From positions 137,709 to 201,708 of the forward strand of contig CP129474.1 of the NCBI GenBank assembly GCA_030583765.1: a stretch of 64,000 bases of DNA, written 5' to 3'. Positions 1 to 6,641 of this stretch are shown here, piece after piece; the first letter of the stretch is position 1, and every line of letters starts with the position of its first letter. A program made the translations under genes and the position numbers. The notes under the pieces were generated by a model. It ran no database searches, had not been told where the DNA came from, and saw only the letters and a list, made by a program, of their open reading frames with translations. This stretch comes from Minisyncoccota bacterium (GTDB lineage Bacteria > Patescibacteriota > Minisyncoccia > 2-02-FULL-40-12 > GWA2-44-9).

Positions 1-892
1 ACTGGAGAATGCGGTAGTTATTTGCTTTATAGTTCGTTCGTAGGAGCACCTTTCCACTCAGGAAGAAAATGGAGAATTTTGCCGGAATGTCAGTCACCAA
101 AGCTCTCACGCTCTTTGTGGTGCTGTCGTATATGTATATCTCGTTCTCTGTCCACGTTTGCGACGCTTCAATGCCAAGATATCTGCCGTCGGGAGATAGG
201 GTGAGCCCCAGCATGTCATCTTTCGGACGATCGGCTCCAAAAATAAGTTCATCGGCATCTGGGTCATCGCCAAGCTTGTGGAGATATACTTTTACATGGA
301 GATGCTCTTCGTTTTTAGGAACCGTCCCTGGTCGCGGATTGCGCGTATAGAAGAAACCGGAATCATCCGGCAGCCATCGGACATCAGAGTATCTACAGCG
401 GATGATCGCGTCGGGAAGATTTTGATTCGTATCGGTATCCTTTACATACAGCGTTGCCATCTCATCGCCCCCTTCGGAGATTCCATAAGCGACATACTTG
501 CCACTCCTCGAAACGTTCCAGAAATCAATAGTGATGGTGTTGCCATCCCGCTGACCATTAGGATTGCACAAAACGACTGGCTGACCGTCGAGACCTCGCT
601 TCATATAGAGCACTGGCTGATCTTCATTTGGTTGTCGTTCTGTGTAAAAATACTTGCCACGCACTGGCATGGGGTTAGAGAAGTTGACTACCTTAAAGTT
701 AGCTACGAGTTCATCGGAGAAACTGGAGAAAAGCTCTCCTTTTAAGCTTTCGTCAACGGCGTGATTTTGAGCTTTAATCCACTCTCGCACCTCCACGTTT
801 TCTGCGCCTTCTAGCCAGCGATAGGGATCTGCGATGCTGTAGCCGTGTATTTCTTCTAAAATATTCTCTTTTTTTGTTTTAGGGATATTCAT
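1..892 (-). CDS. Prolyl oligopeptidase (S9A) family protein, N-terminal beta-propeller part; 3' end runs off the window
   Basis: Open frame read by hand on the minus strand from ATG at 890-892 (MNIPKTKKENILEEIHGYSIADPYRWLEGAENVEVREWIKAQN...). The xDPYRWLED motif is typical of the prolyl endopeptidase N-terminus. Absent from the ORF track because no stop lies in the window. Confidence 0.6.
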   Translation of the reverse strand, partial: MNIPKTKKENILEEIHGYSIADPYRWLEGAENVEVREWIKAQNHAVDESLKGELFSSFSDELVANFKVVNFSNPMPVRGKYFYTERQPNEDQPVLYMKRGLDGQPVVLCNPNGQRDGNTITIDFWNVSRSGKYVAYGISEGGDEMATLYVKDTDTNQNLPDAIIRCRYSDVRWLPDDSGFFYTRNPRPGTVPKNEEHLHVKVYLHKLGDDPDADELIFGADRPKDDMLGLTLSPDGRYLGIEASQTWTENEIYIYDSTTKSVRALVTDIPAKFSIFFLSGKVLLRTNYKANNYRILQ

Positions 893-960
893 GAAATAAC
901 GTAGAGATTTTGTCCACGACGGTCTGTGATGTATTACTCGATTTCTTATTGCATCTTAGC

Positions 961-1001
961 CTACACGCTCACATATGGGAATACTAGGTTCAACAAAAAG
1001 A
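961..1001 (-). promoter_or_regulatory. Conserved 40-nt upstream motif, copy A (ctacacgctcacatatgggaatactaggttcaacaaaaaga); putative promoter/operator of the prolyl oligopeptidase gene
   Basis: About 34/40 identical to 2074-2113. Both copies lie upstream of minus-strand gene starts with a TAGGCT/TAGAAT -10-like hexamer at their 3' edge. Confidence 0.35.
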
Positions 1002-1024
1002 AAAGGCGGCTATTGCTAGCCGTC
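993..1024 (-). terminator. Rho-independent terminator of the msrB / small-peptide transcript
   Basis: Minus-strand hairpin GACGGCTA-gcaa-TAGCCGCC followed by TTTTCTTTTTGTT. Confidence 0.5.
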
Positions 1025-1078
1025 AAATTAAAAACATGGGGGAGCTATGCGAGCCTCCCCCATGTCACGACCTGGCGA

Positions 1079-1180
1079 TCAGCGGTTGCACTTCTTGCAG
1101 TACTTGCACCACCCGTGGCTGCTGTTGCCGGTGTGGTTCTTGGTACCGCACTTGCCGCTGTGGTTGCAGTCGCGACCCAT
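1079..1180 (-). CDS. Small Cys-rich peptide (33 aa, MGRDCNHSGKCGTKNHTGNSSHGWCKYCKKCNR), hypothetical
   Basis: Hand-translated minus-strand ORF downstream of and co-oriented with msrB. GAGGGAG/AGAGAG purine tract lies upstream of the ATG; a terminator follows. Below the ORF-track size cutoff. Confidence 0.3.
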   Translation of the reverse strand: MGRDCNHSGKCGTKNHTGNSSHGWCKYCKKCNR

Positions 1181-1277
1181 GGCGTCTCTCTTTCTCCCTC
1201 AAAGAAACGGGTGAGGGCACTGAAATGATACAATAAAAAAGCAAGGAGTCAATATGCACGATCCGAGCGAGAAGGCA

Positions 1278-1658
1278 CTATTCCGCACCGGGTGTATCCG
1301 GCGTGAATACCATGGAAAGTGAGTTCACACAGTGGCGTATGTTCCTTGGAGTGAGCTGTTCGCCTTCAAACACGTGGCCAAGGTGTCCGCCACAGCGTGC
1401 ACAGGTGATCTCGGTGCGCACACCGTCGGCATCAATGGTGCGACGGACGGCTCCCTGAATTTCATCATCAAAACTGGGCCAGCCACATCCAGAATCAAAT
1501 TTTGCTTCAGAGCGATAGAGTGCTGCGCCGCACTGCCGGCACGTATATGTGCCCGCTGTCGTGGTGTGCACATAGGCGCCAGAAAATGGTTCCTCGGTCC
1601 CCTTTTCGAGAATGATGCGCTTCTCTTCTTCGGTGAGTGGCTGAGGTGTTACATCCAT
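1278..1658 (-). CDS. msrB: Peptide-methionine (R)-S-oxide reductase MsrB
   Basis: Two CxxC zinc motifs plus the [17 protein letters not shown] catalytic region. Confidence 0.85.
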   Translation of the reverse strand: MDVTPQPLTEEEKRIILEKGTEEPFSGAYVHTTTAGTYTCRQCGAALYRSEAKFDSGCGWPSFDDEIQGAVRRTIDADGVRTEITCARCGGHLGHVFEGEQLTPRNIRHCVNSLSMVFTPDTPGAE

Positions 1659-2059
1659 GTCTTTTTCAGTGCCATGATAGCCCAGAATGCCGCCACCGAA
1701 GTGAGCGCGGTGACAGCCATGCCCCAGAGGATATCAACCACGGTGATCACGAGTGGCCAGTTAGCGATGGTCGCATGGTTGGTGAGATCGTAGGCTCCGT
1801 AGGCGGCAAGGCCTAAGAGAGCACCGCGCCAGAGCGCTTCACTCCACGAACCGCTCACTACTGCTGGCGCTACCACAAGGCCGTAGACAGCGAGGGCATA
1901 GAGCGGATAGAAGAGTGCAACGGGTGCAAGGTTGATTGTTTTCTGGAACAAGAAGCCCATGCGCTCTGCATAGAATCCTTTTGCGATCACCAGCAACCAG
2001 AGCGCATCGAGCACTGCGAGTGGCACTAATGTAGCGAGATAAGAAGTGAGTGGGTTCAT
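1649..2059 (-). CDS. DUF2177-like small membrane protein
   Basis: 136 aa, four hydrophobic segments; start overlaps msrB by 10 nt. Confidence 0.55.
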   Translation of the reverse strand: MNPLTSYLATLVPLAVLDALWLLVIAKGFYAERMGFLFQKTINLAPVALFYPLYALAVYGLVVAPAVVSGSWSEALWRGALLGLAAYGAYDLTNHATIANWPLVITVVDILWGMAVTALTSVAAFWAIMALKKTWM

Positions 2060-2073
2060 GGATAAGTTTTATT

Positions 2074-2113
2074 CTACGCCCTCACCCATAGGAATGCTAG
2101 GTTCTAAAAAAGA
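2074..2113 (-). promoter_or_regulatory. Conserved 40-nt upstream motif, copy B (ctacgccctcacccataggaatgctaggttctaaaaaaga), 15 nt upstream of the DUF2177 gene start
   Basis: Near-identical to 961-1001; the TAGAAT -10-like hexamer sits 14 nt before the ATG at 2059. Confidence 0.35.
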
Positions 2114-2511
2114 ATGTCCGTGATGTTTTTTATGGCCCCGTGGTGGTTGGGATCACGTATTCCTTCAATAAACACTGCAAGTGCATCGAGACTAAACTCG
2201 TTGAAGCGAGGGGCTAGTTTATTTATGTCACAGAGAACCTCAAACACGAGACACGCGGTTCGTTTATTGCCATCAATGAACGGGTGATCTTTAATGAGAA
2301 AATACAAAAACGCCACCGCTTTTTCTTCTGGGGTGTTATATATTTCGTGTCCAAAATACGGACCATTTATGTTTGCAACTATCGCAGCAACCTTCTTTTT
2401 GCCCTCTTCAGTAAGCGGGAAAGATACGAGGCCTTCTCTATGGAGCAACACGTATGCGTGGCAAATGTTTTCGGACGTTATGGGTAGGTATGTCTTTTTT
2501 TCCTGCATCAT
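2104..2511 (-). CDS. doc: Fic/Doc family toxin (death-on-curing)
   Basis: HPFIDGNKRTA matches the Doc/Fic HxFx(D/N)GNKR active-site motif; 135 aa. Confidence 0.7.
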   Translation of the reverse strand: MMQEKKTYLPITSENICHAYVLLHREGLVSFPLTEEGKKKVAAIVANINGPYFGHEIYNTPEEKAVAFLYFLIKDHPFIDGNKRTACLVFEVLCDINKLAPRFNEFSLDALAVFIEGIRDPNHHGAIKNITDILF

Positions 2512-2632
2512 AATCTCGCAAAGACTTAAAAACTTCCATATTCCTACGGAGTTGTTTTTCGGTCACCTTGTTCAGATCGGGCGCGGCGCCCTTTCGTGTT
2601 TTGCGCCAAAGAAATTCAAGTACTTTCTTCAT
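2438..2632 (-). CDS. Hypothetical small protein, possible antitoxin partner of Doc
   Basis: 64-aa ORF directly upstream of doc, but it overlaps doc by 73 nt in another frame and shares an A7 homopolymer with it, so boundaries are uncertain. Confidence 0.25.
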   Translation of the reverse strand: MKKVLEFLWRKTRKGAAPDLNKVTEKQLRRNMEVFKSLRDYDAGKKDIPTHNVRKHLPRIRVAP

Positions 2633-2674
2633 ATGCCTATAATACCACAGTAAGATTTATAATGTCCAAAGCAA

Positions 2675-3124
2675 TCAGCGCCCACGTTGCGCTACCCGTT
2701 CGAGGGTTGATGCCGTGGCGGCGGCGATGAGGGAGCCAAGAATGATGAGAGCACCCATGGCGATGCCGCCAGCGGGGTCGTCACTGCCACTGAAGAAACG
2801 TATGAAAATCATTCCTGGCACCACAAAGCCGATGATGGCCAGTGCGCAGTGGCGGATTGTGCGCAGAGCTTTCACTGCATGGTGCGAGAGTGTTTCGCCT
2901 CGTCCAACGCTACCTAAGAGTTGAAACGCCTGATAGAGCGCGATAAAGAACGGAATAGAGGCGATGTATGCGTATGCGAGGAAGGGATCGGTAAAGTAGA
3001 TTTCAAAGAGAGTGGCGTTCATGTTTCTGCCTTCAAAGTGGGGCTCGACGAGCAGGAATGCGAGCGCACCAATGCCGATGAGTATGGTGATGGCTTTAAG
3101 AAAGAGGGTTGGGAGGAATTGCAT
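2675..3124 (-). CDS. Hypothetical integral membrane protein
   Basis: 149 aa with four predicted TM segments; no recognisable catalytic motif. Confidence 0.5.
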   Translation of the reverse strand: MQFLPTLFLKAITILIGIGALAFLLVEPHFEGRNMNATLFEIYFTDPFLAYAYIASIPFFIALYQAFQLLGSVGRGETLSHHAVKALRTIRHCALAIIGFVVPGMIFIRFFSGSDDPAGGIAMGALIILGSLIAAATASTLERVAQRGR

Positions 3125-3139
3125 GGATAAAAAACTTAA

Positions 3140-3170
3140 GGGGCCTGGAATCTCACTCGTGTCGCCTTCG
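3140..3170 (+). repeat. 31-bp direct repeat, copy 1 (ggggcctggaatctcactcgtgtcgccttcg)
   Basis: Perfect second copy at 3842-3872. Homology continues about 12 more nt in diverged form; the two copies bracket grpB. Confidence 0.9.
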
Positions 3171-3284
3171 CTCCTTGCTGGCCTCCTCGAGCTAGAACCG
3201 AAATCGGGTCAAGTCCAGAAAGGATATTTAAACTATGCCAATCTTACCACAAACGACGGGTCTCGAGCGCTAGCTATCCTCTAA
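3140..3284 (+). ncRNA. ssrA: tmRNA (ssrA)-like 5' domain with tag-like reading frame ANLTTNDGSRALAIL; gene appears incomplete or rearranged
   Basis: Starts GGGGCC. Resume-like GCC codon after an A/U-rich tract. The 9-mer CAAACGACG and the ...GCGCUAGCUAUCCUCUAA stop context closely resemble the E. coli ssrA tag region GCAAACGACGAAAAC...GCUUUAGCAGCUUAAUAA. No convincing T-arm/acceptor 3' half immediately downstream. Confidence 0.3.
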
Positions 3285-3794
3285 AATTTTATTAAAAAAT
3301 TCATACTTCTTTCGCATATAGTCCTTAAAATCAATCGGGCCATATGGTAGCTTGGTTTGTTTATACTCATCTCGCAATGCCTTACTCTGCGATAAAAGCT
3401 CAAATACTTTTCTTTGTTCTTCAAATGCAGGAGAACCTCTCAGTGTAATATAAAGCTCAATTTCAAAACCATCTTTTTTGAACTCCCATTTTACTGATTT
3501 ATTCTTTGGTGACGTGCTTATGCGAGAGGGAGTTCCAAATAGTTTTTCTAGCACAGAAAAGTACTTATCGAACTCAGGCGCTTCATACAAGATTGAGATA
3601 TCGATATCGTTCTGGCCTGCAATTCCAAGTGCAGAGGCTCCACCAAAATGTAAATCTACGCCAGGAAGAGCTTCTCTTATTTGAGATATGAGTTCATTCG
3701 CCACCTCCTGAACATGTGGATCAAATGGTTTGACCTCAATAATTTTGCCGTCAGGCAACGAGGCTAAGTATTTTTCTTGGGCTTCGGTAATCAT
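3270..3794 (-). CDS. grpB: GrpB family protein (nucleotidyltransferase-like fold)
   Basis: 174 aa with the GrpB-like G-S/GSxxxG...D..D pattern (HFGGASALGIAGQNDIDISI). Its last 5 codons overlap the tag-like reading frame on the opposite strand. Confidence 0.65.
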   Translation of the reverse strand: MITEAQEKYLASLPDGKIIEVKPFDPHVQEVANELISQIREALPGVDLHFGGASALGIAGQNDIDISILYEAPEFDKYFSVLEKLFGTPSRISTSPKNKSVKWEFKKDGFEIELYITLRGSPAFEEQRKVFELLSQSKALRDEYKQTKLPYGPIDFKDYMRKKYEFFNKILEDS

Positions 3795-3841
3795 GTTTTA
3801 GTAAGCTCCTCGAGCGGGATAACCTATCACGACTTGGCTGC

Positions 3842-3872
3842 GGGGCCTGGAATCTCACTCGTGTCGCCTTCG
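3842..3872 (+). repeat. 31-bp direct repeat, copy 2
   Basis: Identical to 3140-3170. Followed by gctgcttcgctatcctc, which resembles the copy-1 continuation and the tag end, and by a T-loop-like cctgTTCGAGTCcagg at 3963-3978. Confidence 0.9.
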
Positions 3873-3988
3873 GCTGCTTCGCTATCCTCAGGCTCACTCT
3901 TTAAAACCTTGCGGTTTTAATATTTCCACCACGGGAAAGGACTTTCCTTTCCCGACCCCTATCCTGTTCGAGTCCAGGCCCTCCAACG

Positions 3989-4027
3989 ATAGAATAATGC
4001 AAGACCCGCCACAAGGGCGGGCTTTGC
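3989..4027 (-). terminator. Putative terminator downstream of tRNA-Gln
   Basis: Minus-strand 11-bp hairpin (gcaaagcccgc / gcgggtcttgc, one mismatch) followed by ATTATTCTAT. Confidence 0.4.
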
Positions 4028-4087
4028 ATTAAGGCTTGTACCCGCCGCCTACTGGCGCTGGGCACTGCGCTCCTCTTCAGTCGCTTG

Positions 4088-4158
4088 CTGCGGGGCTTGG
4101 ACTCGAACCAAGATTCACGGCTTCAAAGGCCGCTGTCCTACCATTAGACGACCCCGCA
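4088..4158 (-). tRNA. tRNA-Gln (anticodon TTG)
   Basis: Hand-folded cloverleaf: acceptor TGCGGGG/CCCCGCA, D-stem GTCT/GGAC, anticodon stem GCGGC/GCCGT with loop CTTTGAA, T-arm CTTGG-TTCGAGT-CCAAG, discriminator G. Confidence 0.85.
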
Positions 4159-4239
4159 ATAGGGCAAGAATACAGGAAAGATGGGGAAAATAAAAGGCGG
4201 CTGGGAGGTGTCGCACGGGCAACACCCACCAGCCATGGC

Positions 4240-4464
4240 CTACGCGGCCAGCACTCCGATGCACCCGAAGCACAGCGCGGCAACCGTGAAAGCTCCCCCC
4301 GCCAGTTTTGCTTCGAATGCGGGCGTGACGATGCTCATCGGGCACCCCTCGGCGCCACACCAGCGTGCCACCAGGGATCCAGCCGCCATCATGCCCAGAA
4401 AGAACGAGAGCGTGCCACACACCGCGATAGCGGTTGCGAGCACACCCACTGCCATCTCCACCAT
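4240..4464 (-). CDS. Small hydrophobic membrane protein (74 aa), hypothetical
   Basis: ATG preceded by GGAGGTGAAG at ideal spacing; two TM helices. The longer 4512 start and the other overlapping ORFs in 4036-4540 look spurious. Confidence 0.35.
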   Translation of the reverse strand: MVEMAVGVLATAIAVCGTLSFFLGMMAAGSLVARWCGAEGCPMSIVTPAFEAKLAGGAFTVAALCFGCIGVLAA

Positions 4465-4519
4465 CTTCACCTCCGGACGTTGTAGTGTACAGCAAGAAGT
4501 GCAGACGGTCAAAAAACTC

Positions 4520-4548
4520 TTGTTATTTTTGCATTTTTAGTGTATAAT
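4520..4548 (+). promoter_or_regulatory. Sigma-70-type promoter (TTGTTA-17 nt-TATAAT)
   Basis: Consensus -10, 17-nt spacer and 4/6 match at -35. About 150 nt upstream of the 4706/4724 start, implying a long leader. Confidence 0.5.
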
Positions 4549-4705
4549 ATATCAGCACAGGTGGGAGAGGCGCGCGTGGGCCACTCTCAAAGAACAACCA
4601 TTTCACAAGGAGGTCTCCAGTTTCTCACTCCACTGCAGAAAACAATGAGCAAGGCGTCACGCACCTTGCTCTTTTCTTTACGCGCCTCCCCTATTATGGT
4701 ATACC

Positions 4706-5419
4706 GTGCGCCAAGGAGGCACTGTGGCAAACAGAGCGCAGCAAGAGCGGCACGTCGAAAACGTCGCAATAACGCTCGGAATCTCGGCTATGGAGGTGCG
4801 CCAAGCACTTAACCTCATCCACGCTGATGATGTGCGTTTGTGCGAGCGCTCGGACAAGGCGCTTACAATCGCTCATTCGTGTGATGGCTTGCGCACCATC
4901 ATCGCTCGCGCAGTAGAAGAAGTAGGGCCCGAACACCCGCTCGTGGAACACATCCTCGAGTGGTGGCTCGCCAACCGCGCCAAGACCTACGAAGAGCTCG
5001 GGGTCATCTTTCGCAACGCCCCCACGAGTAGCCCTGTGCGCCAATTGGCACTGGAGCGGCTCATGAAGATCGGGATGGTGAAAGCGAAGAACGCTGCTTC
5101 GTTTGAAGCGGTCTGGAATCTGCTGGAATACGCGCCCACCGCAGGACACCTCACAGAGACGATCGTGCAGCACGCGATCCAGATCGCAACACGAGAGCGG
5201 AACCTTCAGCACCTCAACACTGTGTGGGGCATGCTGGAACGGTTCTACAACGGCCACGAGCTACAAGCAACCTGCTTGAAGAACATCGAAGACGTTGCAC
5301 GCTTCGAACTGCGCGAGACGATGCGCATGGAGCGGCTCGTACAGATCTTCAAACTGCTCCCGTGGCAGACGGCGGCACGCGTTGATGCGCTTCGCCGGAT
5401 CGTCGACAACTGGTCATAA
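4706..5419 (+). CDS. Hypothetical alpha-helical protein with N-terminal HTH (sigma-70 region-4-like) segment
   Basis: 237 aa. GTG start; an alternative GTG at 4724 is preceded by AAGGAGG at 4-nt spacing. ITLGISAMEVRQALNLI resembles a region-4 HTH. Confidence 0.55.
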   Translation: MRQGGTVANRAQQERHVENVAITLGISAMEVRQALNLIHADDVRLCERSDKALTIAHSCDGLRTIIARAVEEVGPEHPLVEHILEWWLANRAKTYEELGVIFRNAPTSSPVRQLALERLMKIGMVKAKNAASFEAVWNLLEYAPTAGHLTETIVQHAIQIATRERNLQHLNTVWGMLERFYNGHELQATCLKNIEDVARFELRETMRMERLVQIFKLLPWQTAARVDALRRIVDNWS

Positions 5420-5431
5420 CACTCCTCTTCA

Positions 5432-5461
5432 GCCCCAGGCAATCCCTGGGGCTTCGTTTTT
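5432..5461 (+). terminator. Rho-independent terminator (GCCCCAGG-caat-CCTGGGGC then TTCGTTTTT)
   Basis: Perfect 8-bp stem plus U-tract immediately after the 4706..5419 stop; lies between convergent genes. Confidence 0.6.
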
Positions 5462-5468
5462 ATAAAAA

Positions 5469-6641
5469 CTATTTCTGGCCGCGAATGAACACGAGCAACA
5501 GCGCGCTTGCGAGAATACTAAACCCGAATCCATGCGCAAACGTGAGCGCGGGAGAAAAGTCCCACAGAAAACCGGCGATAAGACCTGCGGGGATGGCAGC
5601 GAGCCCTGTTGCCGCTTCAAACGTGCCCAGCGCAGTAGCACGTTGGCCTGGATCTGAAAGATCCGCAACCATGGCACGCTGTGATGCGTCGATGAAGGCG
5701 CGGAAGACACCATACAGCGCAAAAAATATAAGCATCACGAGAAACTGTGACACTGTTGTGCTTGCAATATGTGGCACAGTCATAAACCCAAGCGACACTA
5801 CACTAAAGAGTAAGTAGCCGGTAAGAATAATGCGGCGGCGTCCAAGCTGGTCAGAGAGCGCTCCTGCAGGCTCTGAAAACACGGCATCAAAAATGCCAAA
5901 AAAGATGTATAGCACCAGCGCAAGCGAAAGCGAGTCTTGGAATGAGAGGTCAGTAAACAGGCTCTGTGCGCGGAGGATGAAAAATGCATTGCTAAAATTG
6001 GCTATTGCAAACACGGTTGCAATCGCAATAAAGTAGCGCGCCTTCAGGGGGAGCTCACCAAATCCAATACGCTTGCGCGAAAGTGTAAGGTTATTAGGCA
6101 CGCGCACAAAGAAAATAGGGAAAACGGCAACAAGGCCAATGAGCGCCGCAAAGAAAAAGAGTGTTTGAAGAGAAAGCCCGAAGATAAGAAAGAGCACCAA
6201 CACTGCAACGGAGCCAATAAGGGCGCCGACGCTGTCCATGGCGCGCTGGACGCCAAATGCTTTGCCGCGCATATTCTGCGGCACTGATTCTGAAATAATG
6301 GCGTCACGTGGCGCATCACGAAACCCCTTTCCTAGGCGTTCAATGGGGCGGAGGACAGCAATGCTCTGCCAGCTTGAAATGAACGGGTAGAAAAATTTTG
6401 CAAATGCAGAAAAGAAGTAGCCAATGAAAACAAAAGTCTTGAAACGCTTTGTGCGGTCTGCCCAATATCCAGAGAACACTTTCATCAGCGCGGCGACGGC
6501 ATCGCCAACACCAAACGCCAATCCGATGGCCAGTCCGCCACCGCCGAGGGATTGAATAAAGAACGGGAGAATCGGAACGATCATTTCACTGGAAAGATCC
6601 GTAAGGAGTGACGTGATCCCCAGCAAGATGACATTGATCAT
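5469..6641 (-). CDS. MFS transporter
   Basis: 390 aa with 12 predicted TM segments and an MFS-type GxxxDRxGRR-like loop (GYWADRTKRF). Confidence 0.8.
   Translation of the reverse strand: MINVILLGITSLLTDLSSEMIVPILPFFIQSLGGGGLAIGLAFGVGDAVAALMKVFSGYWADRTKRFKTFVFIGYFFSAFAKFFYPFISSWQSIAVLRPIERLGKGFRDAPRDAIISESVPQNMRGKAFGVQRAMDSVGALIGSVAVLVLFLIFGLSLQTLFFFAALIGLVAVFPIFFVRVPNNLTLSRKRIGFGELPLKARYFIAIATVFAIANFSNAFFILRAQSLFTDLSFQDSLSLALVLYIFFGIFDAVFSEPAGALSDQLGRRRIILTGYLLFSVVSLGFMTVPHIASTTVSQFLVMLIFFALYGVFRAFIDASQRAMVADLSDPGQRATALGTFEAATGLAAIPAGLIAGFLWDFSPALTFAHGFGFSILASALLLVFIRGQK

Noticed and set aside
278-745. Listed + ORFs (22..204, 69..350, 278..745) at the window start
   Set aside because: They are antisense to a much better open frame encoding a prolyl oligopeptidase N-terminus (minus strand, 1..892) and have no recognisable protein features.
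3012-3284. 90-aa + ORF ending ...ANLTTNDGSRALAIL
   Set aside because: Most of it is antisense to the membrane-protein gene 2675..3124. Only its last 15 codons were kept, as a tmRNA-like tag frame, not as a protein gene.
3960-3990. tRNA-like T-loop (cctgTTCGAGTCcaggccctcca) as a separate tRNA gene
   Set aside because: No acceptor/D/anticodon arms can be folded. The T-stem has two internal mismatches and the 3' end cannot pair with any upstream 5' strand. Treated as part of the degenerate ssrA-related region.
4036-4540. Cluster of overlapping high-GC ORFs on both strands (4036..4485, 4077..4283, 4115..4495, 4181..4540)
   Set aside because: They overlap tRNA-Gln and each other, are low-complexity (Ala/Gly/Arg-rich) and lack RBS. 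Only the 74-aa membrane ORF with a strong SD was retained, at low confidence.
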